DNA from: Octopus vulgaris | Taxonomy: Eukaryota | DNA length: 64,000 nt | Direction of reading: 5' to 3' | NCBI GenBank assembly: GCA_951406725.2 | Contig: OX597818.1 | Coordinates: forward strand, 121,954,001 to 122,018,000 | Shown: in pieces, positions 28,161 through 43,535 of the stretch | How positions within the stretch are numbered: the stretch's first letter is position 1 | How the letters are laid out: every line of letters starts with the position of its first letter | The notes under the pieces: generated by a model | What the model was told of the DNA's origin: nothing | Databases searched by the model: none | The model's input: the letters and a program-made list of their open reading frames with translations, nothing else | Translations under genes and position numbers: made by a program

Positions 28161-28219
<59 letters not shown>

Positions 28220-28221
28220 CA

Positions 28222-28254
<33 letters not shown>

Positions 28255-28260
28255 GCATAC

Positions 28261-28315
<55 letters not shown>

Positions 28316-28683
28316 GTCTTCTTCGTCTGCCGCCAAGGCATTTTTTCTAAATACGCCAGCTAAGCTTCGTTGAACTGTCTAAAGTCGTAAGACACCCACT
28401 GTTTTTGTCCTGTTATTACTATTATTGTTTTGTGTATTTACATTCGTGTGGCATCGTCAGTTTTTCTGTCCCCTTTTCGTATACATTCGATCCTTTTTCC
28501 AAGAAATCTAATGCTCGTAGCTTAGTGTTTCCTTGGGGCTGGCCGGATCGGAGCGATCTCAAGATTAATCAGCCGAAATTGCGAGGATGATCCGGTTCTT
28601 GACTGAAGATTGAAGGTCCGTGTTTTTTGTATCGTCTTCTAAATGTTCTTGTCCCAGTTTGTATTTTTCTACATATAATATAC

Positions 28684-28805
<122 letters not shown>

Positions 28806-28831
28806 ACATATAAATTTAATTCACAACCGAA

Positions 28832-28922
28832 AGAGCTACTAACAGTTTCATGCTTTTATGATACTTTAAGTAGGCATATTTATGAAATACGCCATATAAC
28901 TCCAAGCTAACTTTCAGGCTCT
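28832..28922 (-). ncRNA. Hammerhead-like motif with long stem/loop II
   Basis: Minus strand agagc-CTGAAAG-..GCTT..[GGCGTATTT-cat-AAATATGCC]..AAGCAT-GAA-ACT-gtt-AGT-A-gctct. Stem I is 5 bp, stem III is 3 bp, GUA site; core positions 8/9 are non-canonical. Confidence 0.55.
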
Positions 28923-29276
28923 GTTCATGCTTTATATATTTTAAAATCAAAGATGTTCGACCGTGAGAAAATAAGAAATTACGAAAAAAAAAACGTGAAG
29001 AAGGTTGATACAAAAAATGGAACGAGAAAAAAAGAATAATCGAATCCACACAGGTTCAAATAATTATCACATACCCAAGATTACCATAGAGATCACATAC
29101 ATCCACATACATCCAGTGACTAACCACGTGCTTGAATTAGCTTTAAGTATAACCCTGAACAATCTTTTAGTTTACATAGGTTTTAATCTAATACAGATTG
29201 GACACCAGTCTAATATTGTTGAATAAGTACACTGAATCACTTTGGAGTGGGAAAGACTATAATGTCATATTGTAGA

Positions 29277-29316
<40 letters not shown>

Positions 29317-29347
29317 GAATATATGTATATATATGTATGTTGATATA

Positions 29348-29760
29348 TACTCTTACTCTTACTCTTTTACTTGTTTCAGTCATTTGACTGCGGCCATGCT
29401 GGAGCACCGCCTTTAATTCGAGCAAATCGACCCCGGGACTTATTCTTTGTAAGCCCAGTACTTATTCTATCGGTCTCTTTTTGCCGAACCGCTAAGTTAA
29501 CGGGGACGTAAACACACCAGCATCGGTTGTCAAGCAATGCTAGGGGGACAAACACACACACACATACACACATATATATATATATACATATATACGACAG
29601 GCTTCTTTCAGTTTCCGTCTACCAAATCCACTCACAAGGCATTGGTCGGCCCGGGGCTATAGCAGAAGACACTTGCCCAAGATGCCACGCGGTGGGACTG
29701 AACCCGGAACCATGTGGTTGGTTAGCAAGCTACTTACCACACAGCCACTCCTGCGCCTAT
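29348..29760 (-). mobile_element. SINE family B, full length, young
   Basis: Minus strand ataggcgcaggagTGGCTGTGTGG (A-box)..GGTTCAGTCCC (B-box)..CORE-like block..internal (TG)(TA) repeat..(gagtaa)n tail. Confidence 0.92.
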
Positions 29761-29765
29761 GTATA

Positions 29766-29880
<115 letters not shown>

Positions 29881-30182
29881 TCTCCTAAAAGTCCAAATCG
29901 TATTTTGGAAATTTATGACATTATCGATTGAAATTTGCCTCCAATTATTTATCTATCGTTTGGGAGCTCAACAATCTATTGATTTGTCTGTGTATGCATG
30001 GAAATGAGTGCATGAATTCAGCTATGTATGAAATGTATGTATATATGTATGTATGTATGTATTTATTTATACTTCTCTCTATGTATGTATTTATATTCAT
30101 GTATGTATTTATATTCTCTGTATGGATGTATATCTGTATATATGTTTATATATGTATATACGTGCATCAGTCCGTCTGTCTG

Positions 30183-30259
<77 letters not shown>

Positions 30260-30842
30260 TTATGTATCTATCTATCTGTCTGTCTACACATCTGCGTGTG
30301 TATAAATATGTGTACACACACACATACACACACACACAACCATCTTACATAGCATTAACATTCAATAACCACGAAAGGCTTCAATAAGCACACCACAATA
30401 CAGTGGCCAACAAACGGAATTCATTGATGCATGGGGGACAGCTAATCGAAACCTGATAAGCAGTGTTTATTTAATGAGAGACATGTTTACCAAGGAAATT
30501 TCACAGGCAACCATATTTGAAGAGGCTGTAGAACCAGAAAAAGATCAGGTCTCGACTAATTACGGCTTCGTTTTCGATTTAAATATCGATTTCATATGAC
30601 TAGGCACAGGGCCAAGTTTTTGGGAGATAATGAGTGTAGTCGTTTCAGCCGTTTGTAATTTAGCATTACAATCCTAGCTTCTGGTTTTAACTTTTCCCAA
30701 GCTTTCATCTTTGGGAAATCAATAAATAAGACGAGAAACTGATACATTGGTGACAGTTCTAATCACAGATAGATAATTATCAAGGGTCAACTTCAACACC
30801 TGGCTTCTACGAATAACTACTTTATGTATGCCTGTGTGCGTG

Positions 30843-30944
<102 letters not shown>

Positions 30945-31153
30945 GAGATAAAACCACTATTAGGCTAATCAATTTTATCTCTAGCATAATATATATATAT
31001 TTATATTGTAAAATTAGATTTAATCCTAAATTTAATTTTTCCCTGTAAGTTTGGATTTACTTCCTAATATTATATATATATATACATACATGCATACATA
31101 TTGTTTGTACTCCACCTGCCTTCGTCTTTTGTTTATTTTCGTAAACCTTCCCG

Positions 31154-31195
<42 letters not shown>

Positions 31196-31279
31196 ATACG
31201 TACGTGCACACGCACACACATAATTTTATATAATGAGTATTTGTATATTTATTCAAAACACGTGCTGAGAAGTTCTGAC

Positions 31280-31497
31280 GCAAAATATGCTACGCGCCGT
31301 AGTGTATGTCTTAAGAAAAGAACTTCAACCTCTCACGACAATAGTGCACTCATCACATTTGTCTCACTGGCGCACGGCACTCCTGGGACACCGGTACTCC
31401 AACATGTTGCGTCTCGTCAGCCATAAGAATCTGGCTGTGTGGCCGTAGTTTCAAAATAAAAAGATCATAAGAATCCGGCCGTCATGAGAGTGAAAAT
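31280..31497 (+). mobile_element. Possible piggyBac 3' end remnant
   Basis: Broken frames resemble a Cys-rich C-terminal domain (TRRSVCLKKRTST..CTHHICL). Sub-terminal repeat cataagaatc(t/c)ggc occurs twice; end reads gagag-tgaa (TTAA-like). Confidence 0.35.
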
Positions 31498-31909
31498 TTT
31501 TTCTCCTATGACACACTACAGCGTCTAGCGTGTTTTGTACATGAACCTGTCTAGAGGCTTTAAGGATGTACCAATATTCACTCCAGATCTATCTGTTGAC
31601 GGTTGAAATAACTATTATATACATACATATATGTATAATTTTGAGGTAGAGAAACTTTAAGTAGATAAAACTATAGATAATACAGTGGAAGTATTGGGTA
31701 TTGGGATATTGGAAGAAAGCGTCCGTGAGACTCGAACGCACATCTTCTGTTCTGCTCCGTCATGTTTGCAGAAGATGTGAGTTCGAGTCCCACGGGCAAC
31801 CCAATAATTACATGTTATTATTTGTAGCTTTATCTGCTCCATGCCCAACTTTTAAAAACGAATTATTTCACTCTCTCACGAAGTTTCTAAGTTCTTATTA
31901 CGTAAATAT

Positions 31910-32137
31910 CCTTTTATTTGTTTCAGTCATTTTACTGCGGCCATGCCTCAGCACCACCTTTAGTCGAACACATTTACCCTAGGACTTATACTTTGTAAGC
32001 CAAGTACTTATTCTATCGGGCTCTTTTGCCAAGCCGCTAGGTTACAGCGACGTAAACACACCAACATCGGTTATCAAGGGATTGTGGGGGACAAACACAG
32101 ACACGCAAACACACACACGCACACACACACACACACG

Positions 32138-32168
<31 letters not shown>

Positions 32169-32524
32169 GCGACAGGCTTCTTTCAATTTCCATCTATCAG
32201 ATCGACTCACAAGGATATAGTATAAGACACTTGTCCAAGACTGAACCTGGAACCATGTAATTGGTAAGCAAGCTACTTACCACACAGCCACTACTGTGCC
32301 TATAAAATAATGGCTTCAAATGTTGCCTCAAGGGCAGTCATTTTGGGTGAACGGATGAATCGATTGCATCGACCCCAGTGCTTCATTGGTACTTAATTTA
32401 TCGACCCCAGATGATGAAAAGCAAAGTCCACCTCGGCGGCATTTGAACTCAGAACGTGAAGGATAGATGAAATACCGCTAAGCATTTCGCCCGGCGTGCT
32501 AACGATTCTGCCAGCTCGCCGCCT
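31910..32524 (-). mobile_element. Adjacent SINE B (31910-32302) and SINE A (32310-32524)
   Basis: Colinear with the family blocks above; the SINE A head ggcggcgagctggcagaatcgttagc is on the minus strand. Confidence 0.85.
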
Positions 32525-34531
32525 ATATGTATATATGAATATGTATATTAATATTCACTCGGGTTATAATGAAGAACATTGCAAAGCCACCTACAAATCA
32601 AAGATATACTATGTCAGGAATTTTATTCAATTGACTTATGATTCTATTCTAATGCTTTTCTGGCGGATAGACATCAGCCACGGTTATTCCCTCAATGAAA
32701 GTGGGGAATTTGATGTAACAAGTAGCAAGAGCAAAAGTATTTCGGCTGCGACCGTAGCGTTTTTACTTCTATATCAAGAACTACATTGTTCAAATATGTC
32801 CTTCTTTAGTTTAAGATGATGATGGTGTGATTTGAGAATGATTTGGCCTTTAATTCTAGGTGGTTGAATGACCAGGTTTTTTGTGTAATAGGGATTAGTA
32901 TCGTCCCGTGAGTCCTTCTATTAAAGATGGCATGGTATGGTTTGAATGACATTTGGCTGCTATTTCTATCTCTTTAGGCGAACACATAGTGATATACACT
33001 AGTGGAAGTTCCGTAGAGTATCTAGTGCTGTAGCTTTCATTAGTGCAGTTACGACTGACGTTATTTAAATGACCTGTTAAAAATGCTTCTTTATTACATC
33101 TCTTAATGTTATCTTCCCAATAAATGTATTACTTTGTGTCTGCTTAAGAAAGCAGTTATTACATTACAACAGCTTACAGAAAATACATGACAAAAGTTAA
33201 TTTTGTGTAAGCAAACTCATTATATCTAGTATTAATGTAAAATTGCAGGTAAAGCTCTCAGATGAAATGAGAACGGAAACAAGGGAGATAAAGCAGGGTG
33301 CATAGAAAGACCTATAGAGGTATGAGAGTAAGAGAGAAAGAAAAAGAGAGACGTAAACAGAGAGAGGGAGAGGGAGTGAGAAAATGAGAAAGAACGCAAA
33401 ACAAAGATAGAGTCCTCTGTAACATGTGTGTATGTATATATGTATATAATATTTACACTTGTTAGGATGAAGAATATTGCAAAGCTTCCTAAAATAGTAT
33501 GTAAGCTGGAATTGTAATCTAAGAGTTTTCTTATTTGAAGGTTCTTCTCTTAGCCTATTAGTCTAACGCATTGCACAAAGATAGACATGAACGAAGTATA
33601 TTACTTTCTCAATGAATTAGAGTAATTTGACAATATATAGAAACCGATATGTAATACATTTGTTAGTTGCAGTCCCTTCCTGATCCACTGGTCAGCCCTG
33701 ATTTAGGAAATTTTAGCATTTAAACTGACCATATAAAGTTCGGTCGACTTGTTTTATGTTCAACCAGACCAAATGTAGCCTCTTACACTGTCATTCTAAA
33801 AATAATCATAACATCAAAATCTCGATGCTACGAGATAATGTATGATTAATTCAAAGTAATGTGAATAAATAAGCATTACATTTGACAGTGTAATGGTTAT
33901 ATGTATTCTGTCCCAATTTTTGTGCAACCAGGCTAATATTTTCCAACGAATCCTTCTATCCTTAAAGACGGTAGGGTGTGATTTGCAGGAGTATGCCCGT
34001 TATTTTTTGTTGATCGGGCGACCACGTACAGACACACCCAACGAGTTTAATGAAACTATTGCAACCATGGGTTTCACAGAGCCTTTTGTACCAAGGACAA
34101 AATATATCCTTTCTTTTAACGGGGTAGAGTGTAATTTGTAAGAGATTTGGTTGGTATTTCAACCTCGTTAAGTGATCACATTGCGAAACTCTCGTTGGCA
34201 CGTTAAACTAGTTTAAATTCTTTATTGCATCCAGGTTAGAACTTTCATCATTGGTATTGCGATAGATGTTATTTAAACGGCCGGTTAAAACGCTTGTTTA
34301 TCACATCTGTAAATGTGATCTTTACTGTTAAATGTATTACATTGTGTCTGCTTAAGAAAGCAATTATTACATTACAACAATTATTTTCAACACCTCTTAG
34401 AAAATACATTAAAAAAGTTAATTAATTCTGTATAAGGAAACACGTATTTAGTATTACTGTAGTTCACGTAAAAGTCACAATGAAAATGAAATGGATAGAA
34501 AGAAATAGAGATAGGGTGTGAGAGTAAGAGC

Positions 34532-34563
<32 letters not shown>

Positions 34564-34671
34564 GAGACAAAGAGGGGTGGAGCCAGTGTATGTATTTGTG
34601 TTGTGGCGAGAAAAAGAAGTGGTTACGAATAGAATATCGCAATTTCAAATCAGTTGGGACATTTTATATAC

Positions 34672-34734
<63 letters not shown>

Positions 34735-34735
34735 G

Positions 34736-34822
<87 letters not shown>

Positions 34823-34887
34823 GCTGTCTGTCTGTCTGTCTATCTATCTACACATACTATACACACACATAAATGGGGCTCCATTTA

Positions 34888-36125
<1,238 letters not shown>

Positions 36126-36130
36126 ATACC

Positions 36131-36164
<34 letters not shown>

Positions 36165-36234
36165 CATACCTACCTACCTACCTACATACATACATACATA
36201 CATACATACATACATACATACATACATACAAACA

Positions 36235-36265
<31 letters not shown>

Positions 36266-36822
36266 CCCTTGTCAGTCGTTAGAAAAGTGCTCTGACATGG
36301 CTAAGAGTTGTTTTGGCTTTTTATTTCTAGCAATGCTAGTGCTCACTAGCACCATCTGTCACTTTTGTGACAAGTATACTTGTTGCCTTTCGGTTGTAAA
36401 TTGCGAATAGCCACCTTAATAAGTTATATATATATATATATATATATATAATAATAATAAATATTAGGGAAAAAATCCAAATTTACAGGGAAAAAAATCA
36501 GATTTAGGATTAAATCCAATTTTATAGTAAAATATTATAAAATATTATTAGAGATAAAACCACTATTTTGCAAAACAAACAAGGAAAGACTTAATCAATA
36601 CATAAAATTTTAATAAATAGTCAAAATATATGAAAACCGGGCTCCTTTCAGACTCGAAATCCACTCACAAGGCTTTGGTCAGCCCGAGGCTATATTTGAC
36701 TAAACCCGGAACTATGTTGTTGGTAAGCAAGCTTCTTACTACGCTGCCTCGCAGCCACATGTATATATGTGTATATATGTCTGGGGATGTATTTGCATAT
36801 ACATATTTACGTGCATTATAGC

Positions 36823-36888
<66 letters not shown>

Positions 36889-37767
36889 CTCTGTGTATTC
36901 TTTCCAATCAGTCAAAACAACATTTATTAATCGGTACTTTCAGACATAAAGTAGCGAACCATGAAATATTACATTTGCATTCAGAACGTAGAACCAATAG
37001 CTTCATAATTAAATCCATTAAAAAAAAAAAAAAAGAATGTAAGGGAGGCTATCTCAAAAATGAAATATACATTAACAATTTTGCGATAGAAAGTCTGATC
37101 TGGGAAATATGGGAATAACTCTGGTTGTGTTTAATTCTTATTAGACTTCATCATCTGATCTTAGTCTTTACATTGTATTTGGCATATATTTTAAATTAAT
37201 CATACTTTGGTGGATTGTCGTTCTTACTGGTTTACACCGAAGTAAAACCTAGTTAATGATATTTTTTCTCCTGAGAAGGAATATAATTGTAAATCACAGA
37301 AACGTCCAAGTTAACTACGCCAACCTTATTCTGGTAACCCTAAGTCTGCGAACTATGCAGCACCGAATCATTTCAGATTTTACTTACCTACCTCCACCAA
37401 ACTAGTTTGCAACATCTTTAAATTAATGTCTATATGCTTACACAAAACTTACAAACTACTTTGGCATTTCTAACCAACGCAATCCACGAATAAATAACAA
37501 TAACCAGCATTGTCTTTTCCTTGCAAAATTACCCAGAAAAATTACATTTTGCAGCGCTAGAGAGACTCCAATGTATTTATGTTTACGTTTCTATAGGTAG
37601 TAATTATCTGTACATTGTTAAGAAGTATGCGAATGTTTCAAATAATTTGGATTAATATGCATAACACAGTATGTGGATGGGTGTGAAAGTTAGCGTGTCG
37701 GCTTATATCTGTTTGGATGGATTTGTATATGCACTCTGTACTTGAACGAATGAGAGTTCATATTTAC

Positions 37768-37932
<165 letters not shown>

Positions 37933-38716
37933 CATACACACACACATATCTATCTATCTATCTATCTATCTATATATATATATATATATATATAGATTCG
38001 TATGTTCGTAAATGTACATGCATCCGTGTATATATGTATATGTGTATATTTTTGCGGCTATATGTATATATACATAGGTAGGTGCAAGTATATGTATGCG
38101 TGTGCCTGTGTATATGTAGTAGGTGCATATGGTTGTTTATATATGTATGTATATATAAATGTGTAAGCATTTATATATGCGTATGCCTACGTGCATGCAT
38201 GTATATACATGCGTAAATATGTGTGTGCATATATGAATCTATACAAGTGCGTGTATAAGAACACTGCCTTAAGCTAATATAGGTCTTAAAAAGTATAGAT
38301 AAAAAGAGGATATATTTACGTATATTGATACATTGTATGTTTGTGTGTGTATGTATATGCAGATATATATGAATATTATGTATACATTTTCATATATATA
38401 AATGTATGTGTATGTGCATTGATCGCTATAAGTAAGTTGGGAGTATATGAATGTAAGTGGATAGCAAGTTTATTTGCGTGCATTTTGCTGGATATTTGTA
38501 GCGACATTTTTTAACGTTTATTAGATATTTCGTAGCTATCATCCACTCTTGGATTACAAAAGCGTAACCTTCAAATTATGACGTGATGTAACAGTCATGA
38601 GTACATGAGACGCTACACTTCATGTTAATATTATGATCCCCTTCAAGATTACAAGAAACATAATCATGCATAACATTTTTGTGGTATACAAAGTATTACT
38701 CTTTCAGATTTATATG

Positions 38717-38945
38717 TTTCTTTACTACCCACAAGGGGCTAAACATAGAGGGGACAAATAAGGACAAACAAACGGATTAAGTCGATTACATCGACCTCAG
38801 TGCGTAACTGGTACTTAATTTATCGACACAGAAAGGATGAAAGGCAAAGTCGACCTCGGCAGAATTTGAACTCAGAACGTAACGGCAGACGAAATACGGC
38901 TACGCATTTCGCCCGGCGTGCTAACGTTTCTGCCAGCTCGCCACC
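38717..38945 (-). mobile_element. SINE family A, full length, with TSD
   Basis: TSD ttactctttcagatttat (38696-38713) / ttactgcttcagatttat (about 38947-38964). Confidence 0.9.
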
Positions 38946-39218
38946 TTTACTGCTTCAGATTTATGAGTTCATATGGAAGGTTATCAGGAAGTGAGTTTTG
39001 CACTAACGAGCCTCAAGATCTATCAGTGTATGTATGTATGTATGTAACGAGAGATGTATATGTGTATACATGGATGGAAAGATGATTGTACGTGTGCATG
39101 AATGTATGCAGTTACTTATGCATGTGTGCATAGATGCATAATCTTGTGGACATCACTTGATGTAACAGACAGGAGTACAAAGTACACAATACATCGTGTT
39201 AATATTATCATCCTCTTG

Positions 39219-39416
39219 AGGCGGCATGCTGGCAGAATCGTTAGCACGCGTTGGCATTACGTCCGTGTTCACGTTCAGAGTTCAAATTCCGTTGAGATCA
39301 AGTTTGCCGTTCATCCTTTCGGGGTCGATAAAATGAGTAACAGTTGATCACTGGAGTCGATGCAATCTACTTACCCCCTGCCCCGAGCTTGCTTACCTCA
39401 CGCCAAAATTTGATAC
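39219..39416 (+). mobile_element. SINE family A with TSD
   Basis: TSD taatattatcat at 39200-39211 and 39417-39428. Confidence 0.85.
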
Positions 39417-39964
39417 TAATATTATCATACACTTCAAACTCACAAGAACCTTATTGAGGCATGACATTTTTGTGGAATATGAAGTGTTACTCTTTCAAAT
39501 ATGTGCCGAGCTCTATGTGTGCCTACATATATTTTTGTGAATTAATGTATCTTTAAATATAATGCTACAAAATTTGTTTACCGTACTTAACGAGTACGCC
39601 ATTTTTAATATATATCATATTCTTAGAATCACCCTTAACTCCATCATTTAATTTTCTAAATTCATTTAATTATGTTGCTAATCTCCTTCTTGTTCTTTCC
39701 TTTATTTACATATCTCCATTGTTCACTAGATATTTATGAGCGATATGTGTTTGGTGGTACATCGCAAACGGTTAGCCACACGCTACATATAGAGTGCAGA
39801 CTCTCGGCATAAAATGCATATTATACATTTATCATATTCAGAAGTGAAGAAAATGATCTAATTAGTAAATACTCATAGTCTTTGCTATTCATTAGTCTTC
39901 TATAATCACTGCTATTTGCAAGGAGACTCTTATATGCATACACACACATACACATATATATGAA

Positions 39965-39995
<31 letters not shown>

Positions 39996-40031
39996 TGTAT
40001 GTATGTATGTATGTATGTATGTATATATATA

Positions 40032-40706
40032 TATATCAAATGTGAGGATAAAATTCTTTTCCAAAAAATATTTTCTCGAAAACAATTTTATCAATGGCCA
40101 GCATATTAAAAAATACCTTTAACGGTTAAATTTATATAATTCATAAATGAGGGCAAGGGAAAAAAAATTTCTAATGCCAAATATGCCGAAAAATTGGACA
40201 TATTGTCCATTAACCATATAATTTTTTCACAATACGCACGCCACTCGAATAAAGGTCGACAGAAATTTCTAAAAATTCCATTATTACCATATCGGACCGA
40301 TTTCAGAGTTAGCTACGTCAGTGATACATGTGGTAAAAGAAATAAATGAGATACTTACTCATGCCCATGAAAGAAGCAAACACTAAGTCATGGGCAATAA
40401 CTAAGTACCCCAAATACATCCAAAATAGAAATACTCCAGCCCATCCGAGACACGTGCGATTTGAACTGAGGCTCTCACAGAGTGAGTTAGTTAGTCCGGA
40501 AGTGAACGCTTAAATTTATATCAAATGTGAGGATAAAATTCTTTTCGAAAAAAAATATTTTCTCGAAAACAATTTTATCAATGGCCAGCATATTAAAAAA
40601 TACCTTTAACGGTTAAATTTATATAATTCATAAATGAGGGCAAGGGAAAAAAATTTCTAATGCCAAATATGCCGAAAAATTGGACATATTGTCCATTAAC
40701 CATATA
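40032..40706 (-). mobile_element. Partial tandem (about 1.4 x 485 bp) unit with ~189-bp terminal redundancy and a degenerate hammerhead
   Basis: 40032-40220 is nearly identical to 40517-40706. Minus-strand motif 40284-40336: TTACCA-catg-TATCa-CTGACGT-AGctaaCT-ct-GAAA-TCGG-TC-cGATA-TGGTAA. Confidence 0.7.
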
Positions 40707-40715
40707 GTGTATATA

Positions 40716-40986
40716 TTGGCGCAGAAGTGGTTGTGTGGTAAGTAGCTTGCTTACCAACCACATGGTTCCGGTTTCCGTCCCACTGCATGGCACCTTGGAA
40801 AAGTGTCTTCTACTACAGCCTTGAGTGGATTTGGTAGACGAAAACTGAAACAAGGCCGTCGTGTGAGTATATATATACATAAGTACTAGGCTTACAAAGA
40901 ATAAGTCCTGGGGCGGGATTTGCTCGACTAAAATTGGTGCTGCAGCATGCCCGCAGTCAAATGACTGAAACAAATAAAAGAGTAAA
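40716..40986 (+). mobile_element. SINE family B, internally deleted
   Basis: ggcgcagaagtggttgtgtggtaagtagcttgc head, CORE-like block and tail aaataaaagagtaaaa. Confidence 0.85.
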
Positions 40987-41879
40987 ATAATACTATATTA
41001 TAGTATAATGATAGGAGCGTATGAAATGCGTGCCTACGATTTATAAATGAATGCTTATCACAAATCCGATTTTAACATAAATTGTTCACTTTTGTATTTT
41101 TATGAGAGTCAGCTGCAAAGATGAGACATGTAATATCTCATCTACTTCAATTATATTTTCGTGATTTTTAAAATTACATGCTCACGCTTAAGTAACAGAA
41201 GTCGCCCTCTAGATAGTATGTCTTTATGCCTGATGTCTTTATGAGCGATTTTGTTTCATTTGTGAGGCTTGTGAGGTTTGCTTGAATTGAATAAATGCTT
41301 ACTTACGCTTCTGTTTCTTTGAGTTTAATCTTTCAGATTACAAATGACTCTTTATTAGTTTCTATAGTTATCTGTTCCTGTATCTGTCTGTCTGTCTGTA
41401 TGTATGTATGTGCGTGTGCATGCATGCATGTATGCATGTATGTATGTATGTATGTATGTATGTATGATGTGTGTGCGCAAATATGCGCGCACATATGTGT
41501 GTTCTAATACACAGATGTATTTGCATGGTGTGACTTCTATGTTTTTATGCATGTATATATACACATACCTACACACACACACACACACACACATCGGACA
41601 CACATGTATTACACATGCATTTTAAAAGTATGTACTTGCATGCATATATACATGAATACATTTTATAAATATACGTATATATATATATATATATATATAC
41701 ATTTACAAGCACACGTTCATAGCTGAATGCGATCACGCTTGAGTCTGCGAGCGTGTGTGCATGTATACATATATATGTGCCTCTATCTATGCATACATGT
41801 ACGTGTATCTACATATGTACATATATATGAATGTGTATCTTTGCGTGTACATTTATGCAGAACCCTTTGTGTATATGTA

Positions 41880-41915
<36 letters not shown>

Positions 41916-42875
41916 TATTCATTAATTTCATTTATTTTTAGTTATCAAACTGTTTTTATTAAAGTGCAGGTGCGCGTTGTGTTCTTGAACAAAACCTCAT
42001 TTCACGTTGCTCCAACCACCGCCTTTCAATCAGTGGAGAAAGTTGGCCTGCTGGCCTAGCCAGCGGGTTAGCATTATTTGATGGCTAAAAAACTGCAAAA
42101 AAGCATTGTGACTAGCGATGTGTACCAACATCTGAAAGCCTGCTCGGTCACGTGATCCCGTCAATAAAATCTACACATTTTAAAAACTTTATCTTCGTAA
42201 ATGTAATTCTATTTATTCATTTTCAATTGTTTTGTTTTTTTCTAATTGATATTTTGTTAATTTCTTCATAGCATACTCGCTTAAAAATACTTCTAATTTT
42301 ATTGTCGAAATTTTATATAGATTCAGAGCGGTCTTTCAATCTTAATAATTCTGTATGCATTGGCATTGATAAATAGAATATTTTGCTAGTTATATTACTG
42401 GCTTTCTTCTCAGCGGAGCTAATAATTATTTCTTAATTTATAATTTATAACTAACATTTGTTTTTATTTATTGCCTTTTTTCTGTTTATATCTAAAAAAG
42501 TTTACTGACAATTTTATATTGTTTTATTTCAAAAATAGTGGATAGATCTATTTATAAAATATATTTTTGAAGCCAGTTTTTGTTGCGATTGAAACAGTTA
42601 CATATATCTTTACGCCATTAAAAATTTATATTTTTTGTCTTTTGCACGAATACAGTTTTAGATATATATAAGTATAAATTTTCTAAATGAAGAAAATATG
42701 CTTTATTCGAATTTCAACGTTCAGCCAGAAAAAGAATTTACCTGATTTGAAATGTGTTATCTATTAAAGAGTTTATAGCTATTATAGGGATAATTAGTGT
42801 AAAATTTGATTTTTTTCCTTTTCAGGTTTCTTTATTTTCTTAACATTTTCTTTATTATCATTTTAATATTATATA

Positions 42876-43535
42876 AGGTGGCGAGCTAACACAATCGTCA
42901 GCTCACCGAGCAAAATGTTTCGTGGTATTTCGTCTACCAAGGTCGACCATGTCTTTCATCCTTTCGATAAAATAAGTACCAGTTATGCACTGGGGTCGAT
43001 GTAATCAACTAGGTACCCTCACCCAAAATTTCAAGCCCCGTGCCTATAACAGAAATGTTTAATTTCATATTATCTAAGGCGACGAGCTAACAGAATCATA
43101 AACACGCCGGACAAAATGCTTCGCGGCATTTCGTCCGTTTTGAATTCAAATTCCGCCGAGGTCGACTTTAACTTTCATCCTTACGAGATTGAAAATCGAG
43201 TTACCCTGCCCTCGAAATTGGTGGCCTTGTGTCAAGATTTGAAATCATATTATCTACGACGACAAGCTGGCAGAACCGTTAGCGTGTCGGACAAATTGCC
43301 TAGTTACATTTCTTCAGGCTGTTTACGTCCTGAGTTCAGTTTCCTCTGCGGTGGCCTTAAAGCGGCGAGAATCGTTAGCTTGCCGGACACAATTTTTTGC
43401 GGCATTTCGTCCGTCTTTCCGCTCTGATCCAATACCTTTGTGGCCAGCTTTATCCTTTCATTGTACCAGTCAATCACCGGATTGAAATCACTAGTCCTTC
43501 CCCCAAAATTACAGGTCTAGTGCCTATAGGGGGTA
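42876..43535 (+). mobile_element. Head-to-tail cluster of four SINE A copies
   Basis: Heads at about 42876, 43078, 43257 and 43361; the first three are preceded by atattat(a/c)ta. Confidence 0.75.

Noticed and set aside
37271-37310. CTGAGAA...GAAACGTC hammerhead-like spacing
   Set aside because: The core is altered and there is no stem I; it cannot be distinguished from chance.
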